The position numbers and the translations under genes are program-made. Shown here piece by piece: positions 19,810 through 28,962 of a stretch of 64,000 bases of DNA. A model generated the notes under the pieces. It was not told the origin of the DNA and made no database searches. It worked only from the letters and a program-made list of their open reading frames with translations. Each line of letters begins with the position of its first letter. Position 1 is the stretch's first letter. The stretch spans positions 64,001-128,000 of the IMG/VR virus record IMGVR_UViG_3300044675_001501. One strand, written 5' to 3'. The DNA is from a virus (taxonomy: Duplodnaviria > Heunggongvirae > Uroviricota > Caudoviricetes).

Positions 19810-20672
19810 ACCCATCCTTAGATGAATTTATATCTGAAGTTAAACGATCTGGCATGGCTAATGCCAACAGATACTTTGTAGCGATTAAAGGAGCAGATAA
19901 AGCTGTTGGGTTGTTTTGCGATAATGCGCAACTACCTGGAACAACAATCCTATCGACTCCTGCTAGAACCTTCGGAGAAGTTAGAGAAGTTCCGTACGAA
20001 CTTCAGTTCGACCCAATCAATTTGTCTTTTTATATAGACAATAACTGGATGGTTAAAAAGTTCTTCGATGACTGGAGAATTAAAGTTTTCGATTTCCAAA
20101 CAAGGGTAGCTGGATACTATAAAGATTATGTTAGAGATGTAACAATATACTGCTACAACAAAGACAATCAAGAATCTTATACTGTTAAATTATATGAAGC
20201 ATTTCCAAAAACTATCGGATCAGTTTCTCTTGACTACGGTAGCAAAGAGGTGCCAAAACTAGCAGTAACTTTACAATATCGCTGGTGGGAGCCTCTAGTT
20301 GTTAGTGGTCCAGCATCAAGATCTGGTTCTGGGTTTGTTGAAGATCTTAAAACAGGTATATTCGGTAATGGACATAAACCAGCAAACAGTGGTGGCACAG
20401 TTGGGCAATCTGCATTTACGAGCTCATTCAGTCAAGCAATGGACTTCGCTGGTTTAGATGGTTCAGGAATGATGAATGGAATACCAGGTGGATTCAATAA
20501 TGGTAGCATCGACTTTAATAGTATCCTCGGTGGCTATTTCTCATCAGATCCATTTTCATCGACTGGAGCAAGTCAATACCTCTCTTCATTTAATGGTTTT
20601 CAAGACACCTTCAATTCCTTTAAGTCAAATCCTAAAGGCGCAGTTGGTAACCTTGGAAACTTTTTTGCGTAA
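19806..20672 (+). CDS. Tail tube initiator, gp54-like (tube-protein fold)
   Basis: GMANANRYFV..C..AQLPG..EVPY..F.DW..VKLYEAFPKTI..V...Y.WW. Confidence 0.7.
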   Translation: MNPSLDEFISEVKRSGMANANRYFVAIKGADKAVGLFCDNAQLPGTTILSTPARTFGEVREVPYELQFDPINLSFYIDNNWMVKKFFDDWRIKVFDFQTRVAGYYKDYVRDVTIYCYNKDNQESYTVKLYEAFPKTIGSVSLDYGSKEVPKLAVTLQYRWWEPLVVSGPASRSGSGFVEDLKTGIFGNGHKPANSGGTVGQSAFTSSFSQAMDFAGLDGSGMMNGIPGGFNNGSIDFNSILGGYFSSDPFSSTGASQYLSSFNGFQDTFNSFKSNPKGAVGNLGNFFA

Positions 20673-20681
20673 GGATTTAAC

Positions 20682-21092
20682 GTGAACGATACATTATCTA
20701 AAGTGTTTGATTTGGAACCAGCTAACCCCAACAACGAAATCATAACAAATGATGGAGAGATTCTTCCACTAGATACTGCTGTTGAGGATGACTTCAACAC
20801 TAGCAGGAAAAATCTAAGAGAACTTCTAGAGCAGGGTCAAACTGCTCTTATGCATGCTCTAGACGTAGCTCGTCAATCAGAACATCCACGTGCGTTTGAA
20901 GTCGTTGGAAATTTGATGAAGCAACTAGCGGATGTCAATCAACAACTAATGGATCTACACCAACAGAAGAAAAAGTTGGAAGAGCCAGGAAAAGAATCTA
21001 AAGAAAAACCAAAAACAGTAAACAATAATCTATTTGTTGGTACTACAGCTGACTTGAATAAATTATTAAAAGATATGACTAAAGGAGAATAA
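20682..21092 (+). CDS. gp16: Terminase small subunit
   Basis: EHPRAFEVVGNLMKQLAD..NNNLFVGTTADL. Confidence 0.85.
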   Translation: MNDTLSKVFDLEPANPNNEIITNDGEILPLDTAVEDDFNTSRKNLRELLEQGQTALMHALDVARQSEHPRAFEVVGNLMKQLADVNQQLMDLHQQKKKLEEPGKESKEKPKTVNNNLFVGTTADLNKLLKDMTKGE

Positions 21093-21094
21093 TA

Positions 21095-21808
21095 ATGGCT
21101 TTACCTATGCAGAAAACACCAGTATATAAAATGGTGGTTCCTTCAATCAACAAAGAAGTTACGTATAGACCTTTCCTAGTTAAAGAACAAAAAGCGCTAC
21201 TGCTGGCTCAGCAAAGCGAAGAGCAACAAACAATGATAACAACTCTGACCTCTGTGTTACAGAGTTGTGTTCAAGAACAAATCGATATTGAAAAACTTGC
21301 GATATTCGATTTAGAATACATGTTCTCACAGATCCGTGCAAAGTCTGTTGGGGAAGTAGTAGAACTCGTATTGAGATGTGATACTTGCTCGGACGAGAAG
21401 GCAAAGGTTAAAGTATCAGTAAACTTAGCAGAACTAAAAGTTGAAAAGCCTAAAGATCATAACAGTAACATTAGACTATTTGAAGATGTTGGTGTTATAA
21501 TGAAATACCCAAGGTTAGATATTATGGAGACAATTCAGAAACTTGAGAGTGGTGATATCGACTCAGTATTTAAGATTATGTGTGAGTGTATTGACGTAAT
21601 CTATGCTGGGGAAGAAGTTCATCATACTCACGAATATTCTAAAAAAGAATTGATCGAGTTCCTAGAGAATTTAACAGAAGACCAGTTTAAGAGAATTCAG
21701 AACTTTTTTGAAACTATGCCTAAACTGGAAAAGAAACTAGACTATACCTGCCCAGTCTGCTCGAAAGATCAATCTGTAGTAGTTTCAGGAATAGATAGTT
21801 TTTTTTAA
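21095..21808 (+). CDS. gp26: Baseplate hub assembly protein gp26
   Basis: YRPFLVKEQKALL..FDLEYMFSQIRAKSVGE..CxxC..FFETMP..CPVC. Confidence 0.88.
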   Translation: MALPMQKTPVYKMVVPSINKEVTYRPFLVKEQKALLLAQQSEEQQTMITTLTSVLQSCVQEQIDIEKLAIFDLEYMFSQIRAKSVGEVVELVLRCDTCSDEKAKVKVSVNLAELKVEKPKDHNSNIRLFEDVGVIMKYPRLDIMETIQKLESGDIDSVFKIMCECIDVIYAGEEVHHTHEYSKKELIEFLENLTEDQFKRIQNFFETMPKLEKKLDYTCPVCSKDQSVVVSGIDSFF

Positions 21809-21846
21809 TTAACCTTTGCCACGATAATTTGCACAATTATTACAAG

Positions 21847-21993
21847 ATGAATTTTGCATTAATGCAATACCATAAATATAGTTTATCTGAGTTGGAGGAA
21901 ATGCTACCGTTTGAAAGAGAAATCTATATCGCTATGTTGGTGCAGTACCTAGAAGAAGAAAAAATGAGACAACAACAGGCAAAAAATGGCTAA
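21847..21993 (+). CDS. gp51: Baseplate hub assembly catalyst gp51 (48 aa; not in ORF track)
   Basis: MNFALMQYHKYSLSELEEMLPFEREIYIAMLVQYLEEE; the frame is open back to 21799. Confidence 0.8.
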   Translation: MNFALMQYHKYSLSELEEMLPFEREIYIAMLVQYLEEEKMRQQQAKNG

Positions 21994-23995
21994 AGCTGCT
22001 ATAATTAGATTGTCAGAATACAGAGATAGAGTCCAGGCTGCTGGTGGCGCTGGTGGATCAGGCACTGGTGGGTTAGATGCCGAAAGAGTAGCCAAAGACT
22101 CGATCGAAGTTGAGAAGAAAAGTCTAACCTCTACCGAAATCTTAAACAAGAGTATCTTAGACCTCGCTAAGTTAATTAAAGAACAAAATAAACTTGGTAG
22201 AATTACTGACAAGGCATCAGGAACTAAGTTTTACGGTGGCGCTGGTGGTGCTGTTAAAGAGCGAGTTGAAAACATCAAAGAGTTCTTTACTCTTAGAGGA
22301 TTCCTAGATAAAACAGGAATCGTTCAAAAAGGTAGCACTGGTTTCTTCGGTGGCATAGCAGATAAAGCTCTCGAGAAGAGAGAAGCAAAACAGCAATATG
22401 TCAAAGACATGATGAAGACTGACCCAACAGTTAGACTGATGGGTCCAGAAAAAGCAAAAGAAGTTTTCGAAAAGAGATTTGACAAATCTCAAAAGGCTGG
22501 TCTAGATCTACAAGAAAATGAGAAAGAACTAAACAGGCTAAAATCTTCTGGTCTAACTGAAGATCAGATTAAACGCTCCCCAGAATACAAAAAGAAAGCT
22601 GAGTTAGAAGCAACTCTAGCAAAAGTTGACCCACGCTTTAGAGGTAAGGACACAATTGCTGATGCGAGCGCAAAGACAAGTAAAGGTGGATCAAACGTCA
22701 TCCCATTAAGAGATGCTGTGTCAAGCGAAGCAGCAGATTCGTCGTTCACTAGTGAAGAGGAAGCCGAAAATCTAAGATTAATGGATGAGCAAACTCAACT
22801 ACTAAGAAAGATTGAAGAGAACACTAGAAGTAAGTTTGGACCAAAAGCTGAACCAGAAGAACCAAAAGAGGGTGGTGGTCTTTTTGATTTGTTTGGTGGA
22901 AAGTTTTTAATGAAGTTTGCTAAGAAACTTGGTGGTTCGCTACTGCGTGGTCTAGGAAGTTTAGCGTCAATGATTGGTGAAGGTATTATGGCTGCTGGTA
23001 GATTCCTATTAAATCCAGCATTCTTAGGTAAACTTGTAACTAGAATCTTCCCAATTGCTTTAATAGTTGGTGGTTTAGTTAATGGTCTATGGGATGGTAT
23101 CAAAACTTGGCTTGATGGTGGCTCATTAGGCGACGCCATCATTGCTGGTCTTGGTGGAATTTTAGAGTTCATATCATTTGGCTTATTTGATGCAGAAACC
23201 ATTAAGAATATGGTTGATTCCTTTACTGGTTTCGTTAGCAAGTATATTACAGAACCAATAGGAAACTTCTTTAAGAATATTAAAGATTCTGTTGTTGGTT
23301 TCTTTCAGAATGTTGGTATTCCAGAAATTAGTTTTGATCTTGGCTTTAAGAAAGTAACATTCGGTCCATGGTATCCATTTAAACCAGATGACAAACCTAA
23401 AACTCCAGAAACTCCAACAGCGCCAAATCAAGGAGTCAAAGTTGGCGAAGATGGTAAGACGCAAGTAGCAACTCAACCAGTTGATGGAAATAAAGCAAAG
23501 GTATATGGCGACACTTACGAAGCAGCAAGATCTGAAGGTAAAAGTGTAAAGGATTCAAAAGCAGCTGCTGAAACGGCAAGCAAAAACTTAGTTTCTAGAT
23601 CACAGACTCTAATTGCTAATGAACCTGTAGTTCCAGGGCAACCATTATCTGATAAACAGATGGGTGTTATGGAGATGTCGATGTCGATGGGTAACAAATA
23701 CCCACCTGAAATTATGGAACAATACAATAAACAGAAGAAATCTAAAATTTCTGGTTCAGATGCTAGTAAAGTTGAAGCAGTTAAACCAGCTGTTAAATCT
23801 GCAAAGGCAACTGATGTTTATAGGGATTCTGCTAATGTTCAAGCAGCAAAAGAGCAACCGAAAGCAGTTAACAACACAGTTGTTGCTCCACAGACAAATG
23901 TGAACAACACTTCTCAACCAATTGCCGCATACTATGGTCCAAAGAACACAGATACGACAATGAACGATTATGTTCGAAGACGTGGAGTTGGTTAA
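21986..23995 (+). CDS. Probable tape-measure protein (gp29 position)
   Basis: 669 aa, helical K/E-rich N-terminus with a Gly/hydrophobic middle; follows gp26/gp51. Confidence 0.55.
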   Translation: MAKAAIIRLSEYRDRVQAAGGAGGSGTGGLDAERVAKDSIEVEKKSLTSTEILNKSILDLAKLIKEQNKLGRITDKASGTKFYGGAGGAVKERVENIKEFFTLRGFLDKTGIVQKGSTGFFGGIADKALEKREAKQQYVKDMMKTDPTVRLMGPEKAKEVFEKRFDKSQKAGLDLQENEKELNRLKSSGLTEDQIKRSPEYKKKAELEATLAKVDPRFRGKDTIADASAKTSKGGSNVIPLRDAVSSEAADSSFTSEEEAENLRLMDEQTQLLRKIEENTRSKFGPKAEPEEPKEGGGLFDLFGGKFLMKFAKKLGGSLLRGLGSLASMIGEGIMAAGRFLLNPAFLGKLVTRIFPIALIVGGLVNGLWDGIKTWLDGGSLGDAIIAGLGGILEFISFGLFDAETIKNMVDSFTGFVSKYITEPIGNFFKNIKDSVVGFFQNVGIPEISFDLGFKKVTFGPWYPFKPDDKPKTPETPTAPNQGVKVGEDGKTQVATQPVDGNKAKVYGDTYEAARSEGKSVKDSKAAAETASKNLVSRSQTLIANEPVVPGQPLSDKQMGVMEMSMSMGNKYPPEIMEQYNKQKKSKISGSDASKVEAVKPAVKSAKATDVYRDSANVQAAKEQPKAVNNTVVAPQTNVNNTSQPIAAYYGPKNTDTTMNDYVRRRGVG

Positions 23996-24028
23996 CAAAA
24001 AAGGGGAGCCGAAGCTCCCCTTTTTGTT
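23994..24028. terminator. Bidirectional intrinsic terminator
   Basis: AACAAAAAAGGGGAGC-CGAA-GCTCCCCTTTTTGTT between convergent genes. Confidence 0.9.
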
Positions 24029-24029
24029 A

Positions 24030-24956
24030 TTACTCGTTTGCTATCTTCTTAAAATAGCTCATCATATCCTCATCATCGTCATCATCAGACGATGCTGGAG
24101 TTGGCGCTGGTCTTTCAGGCATTTTCTTAACTTCAGCTGAAGGTTGACGCTTCGGTGGGACATAATTATCGTCCTCAGCGATCTGAGCAGCTGATTTTGC
24201 TGGAACACCAGTGTCATCAAGTACGTCAGCCAACTTTTTAGCGAGTTCTTCGTAAGTTTTGAAGTTTTTACGATCAAGAAACTCTGAAAGTTTATATTGC
24301 TTAGAAACAATCTCTAAAAGTTTATCTTCATCGCCATCAAACAGCGCTGCTGGCTCCATAAACTGAGATTGATCATAATTTGCGTAACCATCTACCTTAC
24401 GCATACGCAATTTGAAGTCTGCGCCTTCCCAAAGATCAAAAACATTGACTGGCTTCTCGTCTTCAAACGTAGGGCGAGCCTTGTCCATAATTTTGTCGAA
24501 GATTTTCTTACCAAACTTGAACAAACGCACTTGACCTTCGTTTTCTGGATGCTTAGGATCAGAAACGATCAAGACATTAGCGATGTAGGTAAGTTTACGC
24601 TTTTGTTTGCGAGCAATCTCTTTGTTTGCTTCAGAACCAGAGTTCCATAGGCGACTATTAAGTTCACCGACTGGATCTTTCTCGTCTAAAGTGGTTAGAG
24701 AGTTCTCAATATACCATTTACCAGTTGGACCCTGAAAGCTGTGGTTGAAAACACGAACCCATGGGAGTTCATCACCTTCAGTTCTTGGTAGGAAGCGAAT
24801 GACTGCGGTAGCATTTCCTGCTTTGTCTGGTTCTAGTTTCCAGACACGGTCATCTTGATAAGATTTACCCTCAGAAGGGTTTGCGATCTTTTCAAATTCA
24901 CCTGCGATCTTTGAAAAGTCATTGTTGCGCATTTTGCGGAGTGTATTAATATCCAT
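24030..24956 (-). CDS. gp32: Single-stranded DNA-binding protein gp32
   Basis: W..DKAGNATAVIRFLP..HSFQGPTGKWYIENS..FKFGKKIFDKI; acidic tail. Confidence 0.95.
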   Translation of the reverse strand: MDINTLRKMRNNDFSKIAGEFEKIANPSEGKSYQDDRVWKLEPDKAGNATAVIRFLPRTEGDELPWVRVFNHSFQGPTGKWYIENSLTTLDEKDPVGELNSRLWNSGSEANKEIARKQKRKLTYIANVLIVSDPKHPENEGQVRLFKFGKKIFDKIMDKARPTFEDEKPVNVFDLWEGADFKLRMRKVDGYANYDQSQFMEPAALFDGDEDKLLEIVSKQYKLSEFLDRKNFKTYEELAKKLADVLDDTGVPAKSAAQIAEDDNYVPPKRQPSAEVKKMPERPAPTPASSDDDDDEDMMSYFKKIANE

Positions 24957-24967
24957 ATGTATTTCCT

Positions 24968-25180
24968 TTATGTCGTATGTTTAACAGTATGATTTTTTGT
25001 CGTATTTGTGTCAGATGTTTCATATTCAAACTCATCAAGGTCATCATAATCTACTTCATCATCTTCCACAATACTATTTAGTACTCTCATACCACGAGTA
25101 TTAACTTTTTTTGAAGTATTTTTAGCGGCACGATTATTGCCATCGTCCCAAGTCTTCTCTTTACGAAATGTGCGTCCCAT
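24968..25180 (-). CDS. Hypothetical protein
   Basis: 70 aa, packed between gp59 and gp32. Confidence 0.6.
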   Translation of the reverse strand: MGRTFRKEKTWDDGNNRAAKNTSKKVNTRGMRVLNSIVEDDEVDYDDLDEFEYETSDTNTTKNHTVKHTT

Positions 25181-25787
25181 TTTGTAACTCTTTAATCTCT
25201 GAAGTAAAGTTTTCTATTAGAGGTAAAATTTTATTACGTTCGTATTTAACGAAACCCTTACATTTTTCTATTCTACGGCATTCTTCCTCCCATAGCAAGT
25301 TTGCATTTTCTTTCCAAGAAGAAAGATAGGGTAAAAAGTCATTGAGTACCACCATAGTCTCGATAGTGACATGGTGTCCGAGATAAAGTTTAAATAATTC
25401 TGGGAAGTTTTCATCACTGAACGTGAAAATAGTTGATGGGTGTTTTCTTTCTTTCTCAAGAAACAGAATAATAGAGAACAGGTCGTTCTCAACTATCCTT
25501 GAGAGTGATTGTTTTCGTTTTTGCCAGACTATGTAGTTAGTATCAGACTCAGAGCCACTATAAGCGACGGCATCATTGCCGTAAGCAAAGTTTGCGACAT
25601 AATACTGTATAAGATCAAAGTCTTTTGGGAATTTTCTAGCAAGTTTTTCAAAAATGTAACGATCGTTACGAGAAACAAAGGCATCTCTGCTCCCTTTCAC
25701 ATTTGGATTAACAAAAACATCAAATTTATCACTTGTAAAGTGTAGCTTAGTCGCTATGTAGTAGCGATACGCTTTAAATCCGTCCAT
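25161..25787 (-). CDS. gp59: Helicase loader gp59
   Basis: AYRYYIATKLHFTSDKFD; synteny gp33-gp59-gp32. Confidence 0.85.
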   Translation of the reverse strand: MDGFKAYRYYIATKLHFTSDKFDVFVNPNVKGSRDAFVSRNDRYIFEKLARKFPKDFDLIQYYVANFAYGNDAVAYSGSESDTNYIVWQKRKQSLSRIVENDLFSIILFLEKERKHPSTIFTFSDENFPELFKLYLGHHVTIETMVVLNDFLPYLSSWKENANLLWEEECRRIEKCKGFVKYERNKILPLIENFTSEIKELQNGTHIS

Positions 25788-25789
25788 AA

Positions 25790-26014
25790 TTAAACATCTA
25801 GAGTTGCTGACTTCGGTAAATATCCGTCATCCTCAAAGTTAATTTGAATTTTCTCTTTCAACGACTTGTTAATCAACTTCTTTATGTCAGCTGGGTCGAT
25901 AAAATTCACTTTGCAGTATTCTAGCACTGCTTCTAGGTGGGTTAAACCCTTTCTCTCCCTGACCATCTTCTCAATGTAGGCAGAGAAAGAGTTTGAGTCT
26001 TCAAACATTTGCAT
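25790..26014 (-). CDS. gp33: Late transcription co-activator gp33
   Basis: FSAYIEKMV..LEAVLEYC..IKKLINKSLKEKI; start trimmed to MQMFEDS. Confidence 0.8.
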   Translation of the reverse strand: MQMFEDSNSFSAYIEKMVRERKGLTHLEAVLEYCKVNFIDPADIKKLINKSLKEKIQINFEDDGYLPKSATLDV

Positions 26015-26276
26015 ATTTTTCTCTGTAGTAGTTGACACGCTTAATACTCGCTTCAAGTTCTTGGTACTCGACAAACTTTTTGTCATACATCTTCCAAACA
26101 GGATCGTTCTTAGATGTTTTGTTCATTTTGTTGTCAAACATGTCTAGATATTTATCAAACCACGCATCTAGTTTGCGTCGTTGAGTTTTAAGATCGCTCA
26201 ACAGGGTTGTAAGACCAGAAACATCAGCAGCCATAGCAAGCTGTAGCATCTTGTTTTCAATTTCAAACTGAGTCAT
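26001..26276 (-). CDS. Hypothetical protein
   Basis: 91 aa, SD AGGAG upstream. Confidence 0.65.
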   Translation of the reverse strand: MTQFEIENKMLQLAMAADVSGLTTLLSDLKTQRRKLDAWFDKYLDMFDNKMNKTSKNDPVWKMYDKKFVEYQELEASIKRVNYYREKYANV

Positions 26277-26299
26277 ACTATTTCTCCTTAAATTAAATT

Positions 26300-26638
26300 T
26301 TACCTGCGCATCTTAGCAATGTCAATAGCTGCATCATCAGAAAAAATTGGGACTGCATTAGACTTATGCATAGTGCCAATACCTTTCATAGCAGTACCAG
26401 TATAAACCTTCTCATGATGGATAGGTTTGGTCGCATTACCAAGCCCACTATTCAGACTTGGATAGTGCGGTGTTTCACGGATAAGAGTTTTTGGTTGTTT
26501 GTACATAGCAGTACCCTTCGGTACAGGTTTGGTCTCATATTTCTTGAGAAGTTTTTCCCAGTCAGCCTGCAACTCACGCTGTTTTGCAGTTGGCTTTTTA
26601 GGTTTGCGCTTTTTGAATGAAGTATGAATTATTGTCAT
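26300..26638 (-). CDS. Conserved T4-like-phage hypothetical protein
   Basis: YTGTAMKGIGTMHKSNAVPIF motif; ATG 7 nt after the -10 box (leaderless). Confidence 0.7.
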   Translation of the reverse strand: MTIIHTSFKKRKPKKPTAKQRELQADWEKLLKKYETKPVPKGTAMYKQPKTLIRETPHYPSLNSGLGNATKPIHHEKVYTGTAMKGIGTMHKSNAVPIFSDDAAIDIAKMRR

Positions 26639-26645
26639 AGTAATA

Positions 26646-26674
26646 ATTATACCTTAATCAATTATTAATGTCAA
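26646..26674 (-). promoter_or_regulatory. sigma70-type promoter
   Basis: TTGACA-17-TATAAT. Confidence 0.9.
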
Positions 26675-27036
26675 GCAACTTGCTTGAAGTAACCATACGG
26701 AAGCCCAAGAGTATAGCAAAGATACTCATCGTCGCCATCCGTACCTTCAGCTTCGTGAACCCAACGCAAAGCCTGTTCGCGTGACTTTGCACCAGACATC
26801 ATGAGACTGAGCATACGCATTTCAAAGTCATGCGATGCACGTTCTTCGGCTTCGAGACGATCACGCTCATTTTGCTCGATCACGTTTGCAAGAAACTCGA
26901 GTTCTTTGTTGAGTTCCTCCTCGGTCATCGCCTCAAGATTCATGTGGCGAGGACGAACACCGTACGCATCCTTGTATGCATCCCAAATAATGCACTCAAG
27001 TTGCTGCTTGTTTGTCATTTCTTCCCATGCTAACAT
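26671..27036 (-). CDS. Hypothetical protein
   Basis: 121 aa, DAYKDAYGVRPR..LGLPYGY. Confidence 0.7.
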   Translation of the reverse strand: MLAWEEMTNKQQLECIIWDAYKDAYGVRPRHMNLEAMTEEELNKELEFLANVIEQNERDRLEAEERASHDFEMRMLSLMMSGAKSREQALRWVHEAEGTDGDDEYLCYTLGLPYGYFKQVA

Positions 27037-27057
27037 AATTTTCTCCGTAAAAAGTTC

Positions 27058-27294
27058 TTAGGCTGCTACTTTATTTTCCATCATTTCAGACAAGATGAAT
27101 TTCGCGATGTTCATGTTCTTGCGACTCTGGTCCAAAGCCTGAGCATGACCAAAAGTCTGCAGTTCCTGCGCATCAGACAGCAAACCCATCACAACCATCT
27201 CAAGACCAGACAGTTTTGCGGTGATAGAACCCATGTATTCCTCACGGATATCGTTTTCGGTCATACCGTAGCAGCGTTTTTCGAACTCAGTCAT
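27058..27294 (-). CDS. Hypothetical protein
   Basis: Start MTEFEKR after SD AGGAG. Confidence 0.65.
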   Translation of the reverse strand: MTEFEKRCYGMTENDIREEYMGSITAKLSGLEMVVMGLLSDAQELQTFGHAQALDQSRKNMNIAKFILSEMMENKVAA

Positions 27295-27324
27295 CGTTTT
27301 CTCCTTTTCTTTAACTATGCAGTA

Positions 27325-27353
27325 ATTATACGCTGACCGAGTTTTAATGTAAA
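27325..27353 (-). promoter_or_regulatory. sigma70-type promoter
   Basis: TTTACA-17-TATAAT. Confidence 0.8.
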
Positions 27354-27392
27354 GCACTTTTTTCGGGTTTTTAGATGAAAAAAACCCTGAAA

Positions 27393-27405
27393 AATCAACG
27401 ACTTA
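27393..27405 (+). promoter_or_regulatory. IHF consensus box
   Basis: AATCAA-CGAC-TTA matches WATCAANNNNTTR; flanked by the inverted repeat CCCTGAAAA/TTTTCAGGG. Confidence 0.6.
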
Positions 27406-27431
27406 GCGACTTTTCAGGGGTTTCGGGGATA

Positions 27432-27450
27432 ACCCTACGTCCTGTAGGGT
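27432..27450. promoter_or_regulatory. Palindromic operator CCCTAC-N5-GTAGGG, copy 1
   Basis: ACCCTAC-GTCCT-GTAGGGT. Confidence 0.75.
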
Positions 27451-27479
27451 CATTTTTTGGGGGTTTTGTTAACTTTTTA

Positions 27480-27743
27480 TTATTTTTTGTTTGAAATAGG
27501 CATCGGTGAGGTCGGCGAGCTGTTGCCAGACGACGCATAAGCGATACAGATGATATCATCACGAGCTGAGTACGAACAACGAACCGCCATAGGGTCAATA
27601 CCCTTCTCTACAGCTGTGTCAATGTTCTTTGACATCAACTCATCCTTCTTTAAGTTGTAATAACAAACGCTGATGACGAGTGTAACAACCATAAGTGTGA
27701 TTGAAACGATCCAAGTCATACCTTCAATGTTAATCTTATCCAT
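27480..27743 (-). CDS. Hypothetical membrane protein
   Basis: 87 aa, N-terminal hydrophobic helix. Confidence 0.65.
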   Translation of the reverse strand: MDKINIEGMTWIVSITLMVVTLVISVCYYNLKKDELMSKNIDTAVEKGIDPMAVRCSYSARDDIICIAYASSGNSSPTSPMPISNKK

Positions 27744-27751
27744 GAAATCTC

Positions 27752-28327
27752 CTATTTTAAGTCTTTAACAATATCGCAAATCTTAAGATCCAGTGCTTCT
27801 TCGGAACTTAACCAAACATCTTGAGGTGGTAGTAGATATTTTCTAATAACATCCTCTTTTAACCCTGTGCATTTCTTGTAGTGAGCCATAAGTCTATGCG
27901 TAATCAAATCAAATTCTTTTACTTGAGCCATAAGTTCATGCTCTTTGCCGAACGAACCCCATGTGTATTGATGGGACAGAATAGAAGTGTTCGGTGTAAG
28001 AATTCGTTGACCTTTTTTACCTGCAATAAAAATCAATAAACCAGCAGAAGCAATCTGACCAAGACCAATTGTTCTAATTGGAATGGCAGATCCACGCATA
28101 ACATCAATCAAAGAAAACGCAGCATTTAAATCACCACCTGGAGAGGTGATAATTAGATTCATTAAATCTGGTTGCTGTTCTGCAAAATTAGTTTCTAGGA
28201 TCCACTCAACTGCTGGCTTAACTGTCGCAATACTAATTTCGTCCATCAGCAAGCAAAAAGAGTGGGTACTCTCCTGATCGCTCCCCGTGGACAGTTCTAA
28301 ATTTAATTTCTTCATCATATGTGCCAT
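27752..28327 (-). CDS. clpP: ClpP-like serine protease
   Basis: ITSPGGD..GLGQIASAGLLI..R...PNTSILSHQ; exact start uncertain. Confidence 0.85.
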   Translation of the reverse strand: MAHMMKKLNLELSTGSDQESTHSFCLLMDEISIATVKPAVEWILETNFAEQQPDLMNLIITSPGGDLNAAFSLIDVMRGSAIPIRTIGLGQIASAGLLIFIAGKKGQRILTPNTSILSHQYTWGSFGKEHELMAQVKEFDLITHRLMAHYKKCTGLKEDVIRKYLLPPQDVWLSSEEALDLKICDIVKDLK

Positions 28328-28904
28328 TTGGTACATCACCTTTCTTGAAGTTTTTGGTAGGCACATAGAAAATATGTCTACCAATTTTAGTTGAAACTGT
28401 TAAGTTTCTCCATTTCGGATTCACGTAATCTGCATGATAAAACAAAGCACCTCTAGAAGGATCATGCATATTCTCGTGATTCAGATAAACCATTATGGCA
28501 ATATCTACTGCCTTATTATAATATGGATCATTGATCAGTGTCAAGTATCCACTTATTGCCTTTGTTCTTTCTCGTTCTTGGCACCACCATGAAAACTGAC
28601 ATGTTGAATTAATCTTCTCTTTGACAACTCCGCAGACGCTGTCTGAATAAACATTGCTGTTTACTCGATTCATGGTAACCATTGCAACTGCAACTTTACC
28701 ATCGTGCGGTTCATGTCCAGACTCAAAATAAATGTTGTCTGCTAAGCACTTAACTTCTTTTTTAGCGTGATCGCTAAGTTGAGAGTATGAAACTCTGATC
28801 TGTGGAATTTCTATTTTGTTTACTGCCATCATCGTTGCTAGTAATATTACACTTATTACTAACACAGCAATAGACAAGATCTTTAGGTTGTTCTTTAACA
28901 CCAA
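28233..28904 (-). CDS. Cell wall hydrolase, SleB/Hydrolase_2 family, with N-terminal membrane anchor
   Basis: CLADNIYFESGHE..GKVAVAMVTMNRV..GALFYHADYVNPKW..IGRHIFY. Confidence 0.88.
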   Translation of the reverse strand: MVLKNNLKILSIAVLVISVILLATMMAVNKIEIPQIRVSYSQLSDHAKKEVKCLADNIYFESGHEPHDGKVAVAMVTMNRVNSNVYSDSVCGVVKEKINSTCQFSWWCQERERTKAISGYLTLINDPYYNKAVDIAIMVYLNHENMHDPSRGALFYHADYVNPKWRNLTVSTKIGRHIFYVPTKNFKKGDVPNGTYDEEIKFRTVHGERSGEYPLFLLADGRN

Positions 28905-28920
28905 TTGAATCTCCTTAATT

Positions 28921-28952
28921 AGTTAAAGAGTAGGGGTGTGAAACCCCTACTC
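28921..28952 (-). terminator. Intrinsic terminator
   Basis: GAGTAGGGG-N7-CCCCTACTC followed by TTT on -. Confidence 0.6.
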
Positions 28953-28962
28953 CAATCCCATA

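Noticed and set aside
21986-23995. Assigning the symbol gp29
   Set aside because: Position and composition fit, but I recognise no diagnostic motif.
516-23998. Many short track ORFs antisense to or nested in structural genes (e.g. 3451-3897, 7332-7649, 14669-14983, 22795-23241)
   Set aside because: They are shadows of long, motif-bearing genes, with no RBS or recognisable motifs.
28928-28952. GTAGGGG..CCCCTAC as a fifth operator copy
   Set aside because: The arms are in the opposite order with a 7-nt loop at a gene end; it fits a terminator better.
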